Of a stretch of DNA of 64,000 nucleotides, positions 12,549 to 26,132 are shown one piece after another. This DNA is from Octopus vulgaris (taxonomy: Eukaryota): the NCBI GenBank assembly GCA_951406725.2, contig OX597820.1, forward strand, positions 84,072,001 through 84,136,000, read 5' to 3'. The notes under the pieces were generated by a model. That model was not told where the DNA came from and did no database searches. It saw nothing but the letters and a program-made list of their open reading frames with translations. Position numbers and translations under genes: made by a program. Position 1 is the first letter of the stretch. Each line of letters opens with the position of its first letter.

Positions 12549-12674
12549 GTAAGTGGCATCTGTTAGAATGGTGAATTCTGATTGTGTAACTATTTACCTG
12601 TGTAATTGTTACCACTTTCCTATAAATTCTTGCAAAACGTTATTTGTTTCTTACCCCTCATTTTTGTTTTTTAG
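12549..12674 (+). other. Candidate 126-bp spliceosomal intron, possibly in a 5' UTR
   Basis: Consensus donor AAGG|GTAAGT at 12549 and pyrimidine-rich acceptor CATTTTTGTTTTTTAG ending at 12674, in otherwise non-repetitive sequence. No transcript evidence. Confidence 0.35.
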
Positions 12675-12889
12675 TAAACTGATACGGACTTGCCAAACAG
12701 GGGTGTGCCAGAGTTCATTTCTTTCATTCTTGTATGTTATGCAAGCTCCTTCAGTACAATCACCGGACGGAGGCAAATAGTATGCGTTTCTCTATTTAGG
12801 GGTAGGCGGTACGGTGTTCACTATGTAACGATGTGCTTGGCTGATAATACCTCCACACATTCTCTTTCATCATTACTCCTCGTATGGTG

Positions 12890-13181
12890 ATAACAATCGT
12901 CGTCATGATTGTCGACGTCGTCGTTGTCATCAATATCATCTTCATTGTCGTTCTAATCGTCATCACCGTCACTCTCATCACCATTGTCATCACCATCATT
13001 ACTATCATCTCTGATATCACTGCGGCCGTTATCAACAGCTACATCCCATATGGGTAGCGTGGACTTAGTTATTCATAACACTTTTCCTCTTAAGAGTTCA
13101 TTTGTGTTGACATTGGAAAATACAACAGCAACAACGCGTAAACAGTACTGCCAAGTGTCAGCGCTTTTTACCCCCTTTCAC

Positions 13182-13227
<46 letters not shown>

Positions 13228-14403
13228 GTCATCATCGTCATCATCATCATCATCATCATCATCATCACCATCATCATCATCGTCATCGTCATCATCATCA
13301 TCATCATCACTTCCACCGTCCTTCTCATCCTCCTCCTCCTCCTCCTCCTCCTCCTCATCATCATCAATGTCACTACTTCCCAAGCCCAATAAGGCATCTA
13401 GAAATAACACACCAGTTTCTTGAAAAACAAACAAAAAAAATTTTTTAAATAAAATAAAAATATGAAAGGATTTTGTCTACAGCTACATTAGATAATGTTG
13501 TCCTAGATACACGATGAATGAAAAAAATTAATAGAATGGATGTTCTTAGCTGGAATTGCGTAATGATGATCAAATCTGTGTCTAAATAACAACATGACCG
13601 GCCTCCGATCAGCTGAGATGCAGCTTTCGTCAAAAGTACTGTTTCCTCTCAACCACTAGCACCGCTACTACCTCCGTCACTAACACCGCAGCCGTTACCA
13701 CCTACAGTAACATCATCACGTACTCCAACACCGTCAACAACAACAACACTACCACTACCGCCCCCTGCTAGCGAAAACAACAATGCCCCCATCACCAACA
13801 CTAGCATGAATCGCCGCACCGCAAGTGGCTTCTCGCCACTACCACCACCACCACCACCACCACCACCACCACCACCGCCACCACCGCTACTACTACTACA
13901 AATACTAACAACAACAACAGCAACAACAATCACAAGAGCAACAACAAACGAACATCACAATCCCCACAACCGCCACCACCACCACTACTACCACCGCCAC
14001 TCCAGCCGTGAGCTCCACCACCACCACCATCATCACCACCACCACCAATACCGCAACCAGCACTAACACAAGTAGCAGTTGCAGCAGCAATATTATCATT
14101 ACCATCGTCTCGGAAATCACCCATCGTTTTGATCGTGTTCATCATCATCATCATCATCATCATCGTCGTCGTTGTCGTCAACATCATCATCATCATCATC
14201 ATCATGTTCATCATCAGGTAAAAACATCCAATACCTGCCACTGTTGTTGTTGTTGTCATCGCAGTTCTTTTTATGTGATGAAGGCTGAATGAGTGACGAC
14301 GACACACATCAAGCGAAGCAAAACAACCGAAAGCGGCAGCAGCAGCAGCAACAGCGACAGCAGCAACAGCATCACTACTACTACTACTACTACAACAACA
14401 ACA

Positions 14404-14451
<48 letters not shown>

Positions 14452-14454
14452 GCC

Positions 14455-14503
<49 letters not shown>

Positions 14504-14770
14504 TTGCTGCTACTACTACTACTGCTACGTGTGGTCGTTGTAGCAGCAGCAGTATTAGCAGTCTCAGCAGCTGCATCAGCAGCAGCAGCGGCAGCGGCAG
14601 CAGTGGCAGAAAGAGCGGCAGGAGCAGCGATGTTTCCATGTGTGACGTTTTCATCGTTATCATCGACAATATTAAAACTAACAGCAACAACAGCAACAAC
14701 AACAACAACAAAAGCAGCAACGGCAGCAGCAGCAGCAGTTACAGCCACAACAAGAACACCAATTACAACA

Positions 14771-14810
<40 letters not shown>

Positions 14811-14973
14811 TTACTACAACATCAGCCGCAACAGATAACGTGTACAAAAACAAGCTTTATCAGTGCAATTACCACTACTGCTGCTTCCTCTACGGCCAAC
14901 ACCAGCGAATATCATCTCCAGTAGGATCTTCACTACTATTATTACTAGCCCTGAAACAACAACATCAACAACA

Positions 14974-15008
<35 letters not shown>

Positions 15009-15110
15009 TAATACTACAAAGGCCGCGACTGTTGTCACTACTAATACTACTACAACTACTGCCACTACTACTACTACTACTACCACTAACACTACCACCA
15101 CCACCACCGC
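12890..15110. repeat. About 2.2-kb mosaic of trinucleotide repeats (CAT, CCT, CCA, ACT, GCA, ACA)
   Basis: Seen directly; it generates the poly-H/D/P/T/S/A/L ORFs on both strands. Contains a family E repeat at about 13395-13620. Confidence 0.9.
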
Positions 15111-15154
15111 CGCTGTTATTCTACTACAGCAACACTTGCAGTTGGCTTTGGGAA

Positions 15155-15258
15155 ATGTGCATTACACCATCTTTCAGAAACTGCTATTGGTGCAACAACA
15201 AAACTGTGCACCCAGACACACTGACGAAGTTCTTGCGCGGATTTACCTGTCTTTTTGG
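15155..15258 (+). CDS. Possible coding exon of an unidentified host gene (MCITPSFRNCYWCNNKTVHPDTLTKFLRGFTCLFG)
   Basis: Non-repetitive, protein-like stretch inside ORF 14504-15340. ATG at 15155 has a purine at -3, and a potential donor GG|GTGTGT at 15259 is followed by T-rich intron-like DNA. No homolog recognised. Confidence 0.25.
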
Positions 15259-16588
15259 GTGTGTCTTTCTTTTAATTTCTTTCTTTCATCTTTCTTTCAC
15301 TTTCTTATTTGTTTTACACAATTATCATCATAATTATTAGTATCATTATTATTATGGTTTTTTTTTTTTTCATTTTCTATTGTTTGTCACAGAAGAATTT
15401 TTATACCGGATATAGCGTTATAAAACTGAATCATACTGAACTTGCTTGTGTTCGGGTCCGATTATTAATGCTTTACTAACTACACTTTCTAATTTATTTA
15501 CCTATTTATTAAACGTCTCTAATATTTCCCTCTTCCCTTCAAATGTAACTGTATGTCCCATTCCTCTTTCCCTGTGGTCTTCTGCGTGTGTGTATATGTG
15601 TGTGTTTGTGTGTGTGTGTGCAATATTTTGCACTGGCCCACTACTAACTTTCATTATTACATGTATTAGTTATTTTAAAACTCGTTAATAACACCTCTGT
15701 TTATATATTTACTAGTATCGTATCGAAGAAAATTAGTTATCACATACATATACGCAATAATCCGTCGCGCACTAGGCATCAGCATGCACGCACGTATTAT
15801 TTACCATGTGGGGTTTCCTTAATATTTATTTCATTTCTGATTACTATAGATAATATAATTATTAAATTGGGAATTTCGAGTATTTGTTTCTCTCTATGGA
15901 TTTATGTGACTTCACGCACACACACGTGTGTGTGTGTTTGCGTTTGTGTATGTGTGTGTGCGTGCGTGCGTGCACTTCTAAGCGTATCTCTGCTATTCAT
16001 TTGTCGTCAACTCTTTGTAGAACTTCTTGGTGTTACCCCGTGAGTTTGGAGCATGTATATTGAAATAAAATTCGCTTGTAAGATCAGTATAGGTTAAAGC
16101 AAAGGTTATTTTCAAACAAATACATTAAACATAAAACTACACAAAAGACACAGCACTGTTGCAAATAATATTGCTGTTGTTTCTGTTGCTAGAGTTCTCA
16201 ATGTTGTGATCGTGAATGGCAGAAAAATCAGTAAATGATCAGCTAATAATTTGCCGTTATGTCCGGTTCGTATATACATTCATCCTTGTAAACATTTAGT
16301 GGGTGGGTGAGTTAAATCAATACATTTACCCATCAGGTGTGCCGGCTTTCTGTCCATATCAGAAATCATCCCAATAATTATTGTCTCATTACTATTATTA
16401 TTATTTTTGCCTTTCATCCTTTCGGGGTCGATTAAATAAGTACCAGTTACGCACTAGTGTCGATATAATAGACTACCTCCATTCCTCCTAAATTTTCAAG
16501 GCCTTGTGCCTAGAGTAGAAATAATAAAAGTACTACTACTACTAATAATAATTATAAATTATTATTGTTGTTGTTGTTATTATTATTA

Positions 16589-16643
<55 letters not shown>

Positions 16644-17414
16644 TATTATCATCATCATCACGGAGACAAGCTGGCGACACTTCGCCCTTTTTACCTTCCG
16701 TGTTTAAATTCAACCGATATCGACTTTGCCTTTCATTCTTCTGGGGTCGACGCAATAAATACTAGCTGAGCACTGGTGTCGATGAAATCGATTCACACTT
16801 TCCCCCCGAAACAGCTGGCATTGTGCCAAAATTTTAAACCACCACCATCATCATCATCATCATCATTAATAATATTTCTAGTATTAAGGGCATTAGATTG
16901 GTGGAGTTGTTAAAGTGACTTTTTTCCTACATATAAAACACGAGGTCTCATTTGAGATGTTCTATGTCTCTTTTACACCAAGATTACCATGAAAATGCGA
17001 AAAAAACCTAAGTTAGAAAACGAGATTGGTGCTTATAATGAAGTCAATCAGCCTCTAATTCAATATTCATTTCTTTTAAACTATATTGCGAACCCCATAT
17101 ATTTTTACAGCTAGAGTATGATAAGACGTTGATTTTCAATATTTCACAATTAATATATATATATGAAGTGAAATGATTTAGAAAAGTAAAAATCATAGTC
17201 ACAACAACCATGTTATAATAGGAAGCAAAGCCGTTAGATATTTTCCAAGTGATTTTCCGACGCATATATACACATACATAGACATAAATGAATACCTACA
17301 CACATATGCTTACACACACTTAAAGAGATACTTAGACATATACAAATTCCTACACACACTCAAACATTTCACAGAACTATAAATATATCTAAACACATGC
17401 GCGAGTTTAGACAT

Positions 17415-17453
<39 letters not shown>

Positions 17454-17670
17454 AACGTATGCATGTATTTACAATCACTAACTCACAAAGAAGATCACAC
17501 AGTCATACGCTTGCCTTAATCAACATGTACATACACACTGCAGATATATATATATATACATATATACATATATACATATAGACACTCAAGCTCACAAATA
17601 CACATGTATACATTCTCATACATATAAATGCATAGAAACAAAATACAAACATGGATGTTTACATGTATCG

Positions 17671-17739
<69 letters not shown>

Positions 17740-17858
17740 TGCAGATATAATATATAATCATTTAAATACCTATAAAAATATACGTATATAAAAATGCGCA
17801 TTACTAGCCGCAGAAATATATAAATTATATACAGACATGTGCAGACACACACAAACAC

Positions 17859-17901
<43 letters not shown>

Positions 17902-17942
17902 TACATAAATATATATGTATATGCTCTCTCTCTGTCTTTCGC

Positions 17943-17983
<41 letters not shown>

Positions 17984-18335
17984 GTATGTATATATATATA
18001 TACATATACATATATATATATATATATATATGTATGTATATATATATATATATATTATTATGCATACACATACACTTATATATGCATATATATACATACA
18101 AATTCCTAGGCATGTACTCATATATTCACGCGCATGCACGCATATTGATGTGTATATATACATATACATACATACGCACACATATACACACACACACACC
18201 ATTGTATATGCAAGTGTATATACATTTATAAACATACACACAGACATGCTCACGCGCACACACACTCAGTTACATCTGCAACTAGGATGACAATTGTAGT
18301 CAATGATTGGAGTCTCTTTGAACTCAATCAATATG

Positions 18336-18500
18336 CTAGAAATAGCAATCAATTGCCTCACATCACACCATAGTAACTCAAAATAACAAACGCATTTATA
18401 AAAAAAAAAGTATTCTCAGGTAAACAATGTACCGAGAAAAGCTGTTATGGTCATCGCTCGGATATCATTGTTTATAGATCTGCTCGACAGAAACTGGACA
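18336..18500 (+). mobile_element. Old interspersed repeat (family E), representative copy
   Basis: Motifs CTAGAAATAGCA...TCACACC and GGTCA...GCT(G/A)GAATG...GATC recur in degenerate form near 13395-13620, 19060-19240, 23085-23280(-), 27915-28050, 33605-33770, 33860-34030(-) and 45050-45200. Confidence 0.55.
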
Positions 18501-20865
18501 GGTAGTAGGAAGTTAGAAAATCAAAGTCCAGTCACTGTAATCTCAATTCACAACGTAAAGTAATTCTAAAAAAAAAAATATTGTGTTTAACGAGCCGCCA
18601 AATGTGTCATACTACGGCACACTCACAGTAACTTTCATTTCCGCATGGTAACACATGTACATCAGTTGGTAAATTTGATTAATACGACCTTAATCACTGA
18701 CTTTTTAATCTATAATGGGCAATGTGTACAAATAATAGGTTTTGCCGCGATAAAATTTCAGTATAAAACCTACAGACGGAAATTGATTGATTTCAAATTA
18801 TTTAAAATGGGACCTCGATACGACTACTTGTAGTACCTTAACTACATAATTTCAGACTATCGCAAGAGGTCAAAAAAGATTCACAAATAGGTATTTCTTT
18901 CCATACGTACCATTCAATAAGATCGAAACTGGGACTATGTGGGTGCAAGTTGTACTATTGAACCAAATACGGATGACTACAATGTACTACATCTACTACA
19001 AATAAGTAATTCTAGCCAGAACAAGGGCAGGGAGTGAACCAGTAAGCTGTCGCTTGATTAGCTAGAAATAGCACCTAAGGCTTTCTCAAGTCATTACCCA
19101 CCATTTTAAACATACAGAAATAAATTTGAAAATAGATACACTGTATCTGAAAAATTAATACAAGAAGCATAAATGTCTTTGCTTGGATTGCTTTTCATCG
19201 TGTCTTTTCATTCAGCTAGGGCCTGAATATCACAAGAATGTTGATAACAAAAATGGCAAACGTTAGCTCAGTTATAACAGGTTCTGATTAAGGCACGTGG
19301 TCAGCAGTTTTCAGGAGAATGTTTCAGAAAGTACAACTTCTCTAGTGCTTTACTTTCTCGAGCCAGAAGGAATAAAGGTGAATGATGAACGTAAAGTGTA
19401 GGAACAAACACCACAAGCATTTTCTAGATGATTTAAAAATACGGCCAATTCATTACTGCTCAAATTCATTTCTGATTCATGCACACAGATATAGCGATAT
19501 TTTAAGAGGTGGCTGGTCAACAGCAATGACGCCGGCACATGAATATGGATCCGGAAAGGATGAATTGAGATTTTGATTTCGGTGGGATTGACTCTGGGAA
19601 CGTTAAAAACCAAATAAAATAGCAAATACCGTAAGACAAATACCAGTGCTATTAATAACAGCAGCAGCAGTAGTAGTAGTACTAGTAGTAGTGGTAAGTC
19701 CTTTCTACCATAAGCACAAAGTTTGAAAATGGGAGGAAGGGGACAAGTTGATTATATCAACCCTAGCAGCGCTCGACTGGTACTTATTTGATAGACTCCG
19801 AAAGGATGAATGGCAAAGACAACCTCGGTTCTATCTGAGGTCTGAACGTCAAGTCGGACGAAATGATGCTAGACATTTTGTACAGCGTGTTAATGTTTCT
19901 GCCGGCTCGCCGCCTTAAAAAAGTATATAACAACAATTATTATTATTACTATCATTACTATTATCATTGTAGTTATTGTTGCTGTTTCAAATTTTGGCAG
20001 AAGGCGACCAATTTTAAGTCGATACCAACAAAACCAGTACTTGTCTCATACTTTATTTTATCGACCACAAATACATGAGAAGCAAAATTGATTTTGATGT
20101 GATCTGATCACAGAACATAAATATTTTACTGACACTCCATCAAAAACTGGGTAACAATACATCCAAAATAGATCAATCGGGTGGCACAGTAGTTGGGTGT
20201 CGAATTAAGGAAGAATTGGCGTTTAGTCTCTTAGTAAATAACACCGAGCACGTGCTTGATTAATTCACCTCTTTGCTTCCACAACACATTAGCTGTATAA
20301 TAACGAGGAATAAATATATCGTTTATTATTATCATTGCATTGATGATGGTCATCATAGTTAGCATCACTATCCTAATTTCGTTTTCGTAGTGACTGACTG
20401 TGTCCAGTTCAAGTGACCTGCTTTATTTTTGTCACGTGAAATACGTCATCACTAACCGGAATTTTGCCGTTCATCCCCACGAAACTTCTGATTGTCTCCA
20501 TCACTCATTTTGCAACATTTATAATTTCATTCTCTCGAAAGTCAACATTAAAAAATACTGTTAGTCATAGAAAATCCAACGGTGACAGTTTCTTTTATTC
20601 GCTCGTAATATCTTCTGTTTTGATAGCTCGGAAGAAATATCACTCCTCTCTCTCAATACTCGTTTATTTCACCTTCTACCTTTCTCTTTCACACACACTG
20701 TCTCTCTTTATATATATGTATATATAGAGAGACAGAGAGACAGAGAGAGAAAGAGAAAGAAAGAGAGAGATAGAGATAGATAGATATAGATGGACAGATA
20801 GATATAGACATGTATATATATGAACGTGTATGTGTTTATTATATATATATATATATGTGTGTGTG

Positions 20866-20916
<51 letters not shown>

Positions 20917-22039
20917 ATATATGCAGAGAGACACGCACACATATATACACATATAAGCATATATATATATATATATACCTATATGAACGTGTGTATTTGT
21001 TGCCACACGTATGCACAAGTGTAACTCAGATGTCATTCTCCATTAAAAATTCTACAATAGCGCCACAAGATACACGCAAGAAAGAGAACACACGCAAAAA
21101 AAGCAAAATATTAAAAAATATCAGACATGACAGTGTCATGTTTGCCAACACAAAAAGGAATATTTTCGCAAGGCACATTCAATCTTTAAACAGAAAAAGA
21201 AACACAGAAAAATTGTTAAAAAATAAGATAAAATTATGTCTATAATGGTCTCCTCATTGAACGAGTAGACATCAGACATACGCACACATGTACACAATCA
21301 CCCACCTACATAAACTTACTTGCATATATACAGGTGCGTGTGCATATATACATACTAAGATACACACACACGTTAGATGTGTGTGGGTGTGTGTGTATGT
21401 CTATGTGTGTGTGTGTGTGTGTATGTGCTTAGTTCCTTACAATCTAAGAGTGATGCTGCATATAGCTATTTGACGGGAAAACTGAAAGTCTACCGGGAAA
21501 ACTGAAGTGGAAAAATGTATCCCGATGTGTTTTGAGAAATTATGAAGTAGGGAATTAGTAAATAACACCGACTACGAAAGATAAAATTGACCCCAGAAAG
21601 TGTTGAAGTCAGAATGTACAGAGCCAAAGCGAATAACACAATTATCAACACCCCCCACCCCAAGTCTTAAATGTTTCAGCTAGACCAACGTTATATCGAA
21701 AGCTACAATAATAATAATAATATTTTTTTTCTTTTGTAAAGGTGTACTAACAAAGGGTGTAATAAATTCTTTTATTTCTTTCACTCATTAGCTATACTTG
21801 GGTGGGGTTTTAAATGAAGAAAAAAAAAGAAGAAAATAAAAGGTAAAGTACAATGAGGAATTGGAAAAGGGAAGGAAAAATGTATTCATAACCTACAAAA
21901 TATGTAAACACAGATTTTGCAGACTTCATCATATAGGACAGCCCCGCTCTAAGGCTAATCAATGAAACAACTACATCAATGATTTCCTGACTATGAATAG
22001 CTCGAGCATGCTCAGATATAGTTTTATTTATTATAAGAA

Positions 22040-22570
22040 TTTTTGACAGACACTGAAAAATTGGATGAATTCGTCGGCGAGCACTTCACTCTGCCTCACT
22101 CAGTTTCATTTCCTTGTGGAACTACAAAAATTCGATAAGGGTTTGACTAAAAATGAAGGTGTCTGCCATTATCCCTTCCAACCTCGTCCACCACACAGTT
22201 CCTTTAGTCATAGCCAATTGATCGAGGAACACTGTCCGCATTAAAATACGACCATCATGCTGGACATGGCCGATGGACACATTCGTGTATAGACGACAGC
22301 AACTGTTCGACACAATTCTACTATCAACACTCGTCGAGCGTTGTACGGGTACATGCAGTGCGGTTTCATTATTCTGCACGCATCTTGCACCGTTACACCG
22401 GGCTTCCAAACCTTAACATCTGTTTCGAACCTGTAGTGCCTCGGTATGACAGCGCTAGGCTAAGGGGTCCTGAAAGTTATCCATAGTAGTTTTCAACCTG
22501 GAGAACTTTTGAAAGAAGCCAGCTAATTCGCCCTCGTGGACAACTGTTATCCTTCAGAACAAGATTTCTC
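22040..22570 (-). mobile_element. Degenerate Tx1/L1-clade LINE fragment (C-terminal zinc-finger region)
   Basis: Minus strand reads MDNFQDPLA*RC..ALQVR, ARCVQNNETALHVPVQ (CxxC..ETxxH zf-RVT-like), VEQLLS and WWTRLEG. Homologous to 24640-24900. Confidence 0.7.
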
Positions 22571-23936
22571 TTACTCACCATTAGTTACAACAACAACAAC
22601 AACAACAACAGCCACGACAAAGACAAGAGCAACAATATCACCAACAACTACATGGACGCCAATGCTTTATTTGTACTTATTGTATCGACCCAAAGGACGA
22701 AAGGCAAAATAAAAATAGTAATTAGAATTTGAAGAAGAAAGAGAAGAACAACAACAACAACACCGATTTCATTTTTCCCCATTTTAGAAGAGGTAAATTG
22801 AAGATGTGAAGCAGCTGTGTATATAATGAGAAGCCCCAAACTTCTAAGAATGTAGTAGTTGATGTTTATCTTAGTCCTGTACATGTGACAATGCCTGTAT
22901 TGTAATTATTGTGAAAGCACAGTTTTCAGATATGAAGATTATGAAAGTTTTTAAGTATTAAACACAGTAAGAACGATGAGATGAAGAAATACCAGTGTAT
23001 CATATATGAATGGATAGATGGGAGGCAAGATAGTAGTGCGTCTGGAGAAGGAAACATTCCGTGGAATTAATCAGGTAGTTTATATTGTTATTGTCATGAC
23101 CCAGGTCAATAGTGATCACACAAGACAGATAGTCAAAGTCATACCCACCGTGATGATCATGTAATGATTTACCGAAAAGTCATTTTCCATTTATATAATC
23201 AAATGTGTCCTTTTTTCTTTTTACCTGAGATGATATGTTGTAATCTTAGGGGTATTTGACTGTTATTTCTAATATAGCAATTTACGCGTTGTTTTGTTAT
23301 GCTAAAGGAAAGACGGAGCGAGACTATAGATATGGCGTGTTTGTGTTCTTACGTTTCTAGTGTTATTATTATTTGAAGTGATGCCAATATTTCCCGCTTT
23401 AGACAATACATTCATCATCATCGTAGTTATCCTCCTCCTCCTCACCACCACCGACGCCGCATCCGCTACCACCACCACCACCAGCACGATCATCATTATC
23501 ATCATCATTATCATAAACACTAACAACAACATGATAGTCGCATTTTCATTAATAATTATATTTCCATGATGTGAAGCTGCAGATAAAATAAGTTAGTATG
23601 CCGAATTGACTGTATCTATTATCCGATGGCTGTTGTTTAAGAGTTCGCAACCATCTGTTATCGATTTTGCTCATTCACCTAATCTATCTGCCCAATAAGA
23701 AACCCTTATTCAAGAAAAATAAACCGAAAAAAAAACTAAAATATTTCATTTGTGTAGTGTATCACGTTTGACATTGGATGGCGTTGCTCTCCTATGAGGT
23801 TTCTATTTTATATTTGTATACTATGTGTATACGATAAGGACTTTCTAACACTTCCCTTCTATTTCAGTGTCCACCACACTTTGTGTAATGTATCCCTTGC
23901 TATCCACTGGTGATTTTATTTCTGTCAATGAAGAGA

Positions 23937-24032
<96 letters not shown>

Positions 24033-24045
24033 CATTAGGGGTGTA

Positions 24046-24160
24046 AGGCGGCGTGCTGGTAGAATCCTTAGTATGGAGGGTTGAAAGCTTAGCGGCATTT
24101 TTACTCTCTGAGTTCATATTCCGCCGAGGTCGGCTTTGCCTTTCATACTTTCGGGGTCGA
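24046..24160 (+). mobile_element. 5' half of SINE family A, fused directly to a Tx1-like LINE fragment
   Basis: AGGCGGCGTGCTGGTAGAATC...GAGTTCATATTCCGCCGAGGTCGGCTTTGCCTTTCATACTTTCGGGGTCGA, then an abrupt switch to LINE sequence. Confidence 0.8.
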
Positions 24161-25277
24161 ATCACGTCGTGCCTTGACCCGGTTACTGCTTCACCAGACC
24201 GGAGCGTATCTTATTTAAATTATTGTGGAAGGGATGCGTCCCACTGATCCGGCGGTCAATCTGTTGTTAGCATCCTCTGAGTGGCGGATTAGGTATGCCG
24301 TGGATGCTAATGCGCAGACGCGCTCTGAGGTTACGCTATCTGCAACGATACTTAGATGGTGAGCGTGTGTGGGCTTCATTTGTAAGGCTCGTCTTTCCGC
24401 AGCTCGTCTTCTTGGCGTAGCTGCAGTTGGATGAAGAAAAGTCCGAGACTGGGAGCCTGGCACCTAGAATGTCGTCAGGCGCTAACAACTCTCTACCAGT
24501 CGGGCTACGGGAATGATAGATGTACCGCTTTCAACATTTATAGACGATTAGTGTCGGGAAGGTGCGACGACGTTCCCGAGGAGACTCTGAGCGCAGACGG
24601 CACGGATGTACTGTCAGACGGACTTGTCCGAGGTGCCGTTTTGCACGCCCTTGTTCAATATCCGGGCTTTGCTGACTTATGGGATTATGTTGAACAGCTG
24701 CTGTCATGTATGGGACGGATCCATCTGTCGACCGAGTCTGTAGTGATGATTGCACTGCTGCCCTTCTTCATAAGGGCAGGTAAAGCAGTTTTCCTCTGCT
24801 TGGTGGCTGTGAAAAAAGAGGTTGATTGGTGAACAAGACTGAAAGGCATGAGGACAGATATATACCGCTTTGGTAGAGCTCTCATTGATTTCTTCAAGTG
24901 CTGTCCTCAAGCGAATTTATCGAAAGGTGGGTGAAAGTTGCTAAAATAGCAAGAATGGATGGTACTTATGTAAGTGTAGACCTGTGAGTCGGAGAGAAGG
25001 AATTTAAGAGGACACTTGCTCCAAGGGTTTCAGGGAAATATCGATCAGTGGGGTTCTTCCATTATACCAACAGGCCTTCCTGTATCCGGAGGGCCACGTC
25101 TCTGTCATCCTTCCCGCCATTTCTTCCTATGTATGCTATGCATATGTCACTTCCTTTCCAGTGTATACCATGTACACTTGCTTTTATTTAATTTTATTAT
25201 TATATATAAACCTCCACACTTTATGCCTTTCTCTATATTGTCCCCCTCATCCTTCGCCGTTGTGGCAAATAAATGAA

Positions 25278-25280
<3 letters not shown>
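24161..25280 (+). mobile_element. 5'-truncated Tx1/L1-clade LINE; ORF2 C-terminus, 3' UTR and (ATT)n tail
   Basis: ORF 24431-24832 contains VLHALVQYPGFADLWDYVEQLLS...FLCLVAVKKEVDW, then *TRLKG, the same family as 22040-22570. Ends TTGTGGCAAATAAATGAA followed by (ATT)n. Confidence 0.75.
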
Positions 25281-25319
<39 letters not shown>

Positions 25320-25321
25320 GT

Positions 25322-25640
25322 GAAGGCGCGTGGATTAGTGGTTAGAGCATTCAGCTCACGGTCGTAAGGCTGTTAGTTCAATTCCCGGCGACGCGTTGTT
25401 TACTTGAGCAAGACCCTTTATTTCACTTGGCTCCACTCTACTCAGCTGGCAAAAATGAGTAGTACCTGTATTTCAAAGGGAAATCCTTGTCACAATCTGT
25501 CTCACACTGAATTTGCCTGAGAGCTACGTTAAGAGTGCACGTGCTTACTGAGTGCTCAGCAACTTGCACGTAATTTCACGAGCAAGCTGTTCCGTTGATC
25601 TTATCAGCGGGGACCCTCGTCCTCGTAACTGACGGAGTGC
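25322..25640 (+). mobile_element. SINE family C, full-length copy (tRNA head and CORE-like domain)
   Basis: A-box-like GTGGATTAGTGG, B-box TAGTTCAATTCC and CORE-like CTTGAGCAAGACCCTTTATTTCAC...CTCAGCTGGCAAAAATGAGT. Similar copies at 48465-48782 and 55613-55917. Confidence 0.88.
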
Positions 25641-25651
25641 TCCTATTATTA

Positions 25652-25862
25652 TTGACTGAGAGAACAATGCATACCCTTAAGGATTGACTGGGGTACAAAT
25701 ATACGAAGACCAATATACTCATCATGACAAACGGTCTGATACGGGTACACCAGGAAAATGCATCAGAAACACGTGTGCGAGACACGGTGACCTTGTCACA
25801 AGATAAACAGCGCATGACCTTGCAAGTAAGGCCCAGTTAGAGTCTTCTTCAAGTTGAGTAGC
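25652..25862 (-). mobile_element. Family D element, truncated copy retaining the end next to (AAT)n
   Basis: Diverged reverse complement of 10650-10858, preceded on + by TATTATTATT. Confidence 0.75.
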
Positions 25863-26061
25863 TCTGGTATTAGTTAAAAATACCAGAGATTATCTTGTTT
25901 ACATCTTTGCTATCGTAATGTGTATTTCTGAATGTGCTAGCCAGTTTCCTTGTGACACTATAATTCTACCTACAAGACTATATCATATCAACACTTTTGA
26001 CATTTCCTGAATCATACGATGTATACATACATACTAACACGCATACATATATCTATCAAGC

Positions 26062-26132
<71 letters not shown>

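Noticed and set aside
12984-13448. Poly-His (+) and poly-Asp/Glu (-) ORFs resembling metal-binding or biomineralisation proteins
   Set aside because: Fully explained by a (CAT)n/(CCT)n microsatellite. No signal peptide or synonymous codon diversity, and the ORFs run into an interspersed repeat.
13930-14853. Longest ORF in the track (307 aa, minus)
   Set aside because: Homopolymer runs from triplet repeats with no domain. The weak splice signals nearby favour the + strand.
14863-15333. HTDEVLARIYLSFWVCLSFNFF resembling a Cys-loop receptor TM4
   Set aside because: Superficial similarity driven by T-rich sequence. No upstream TM1-3 or ligand-binding exons seen in the window.
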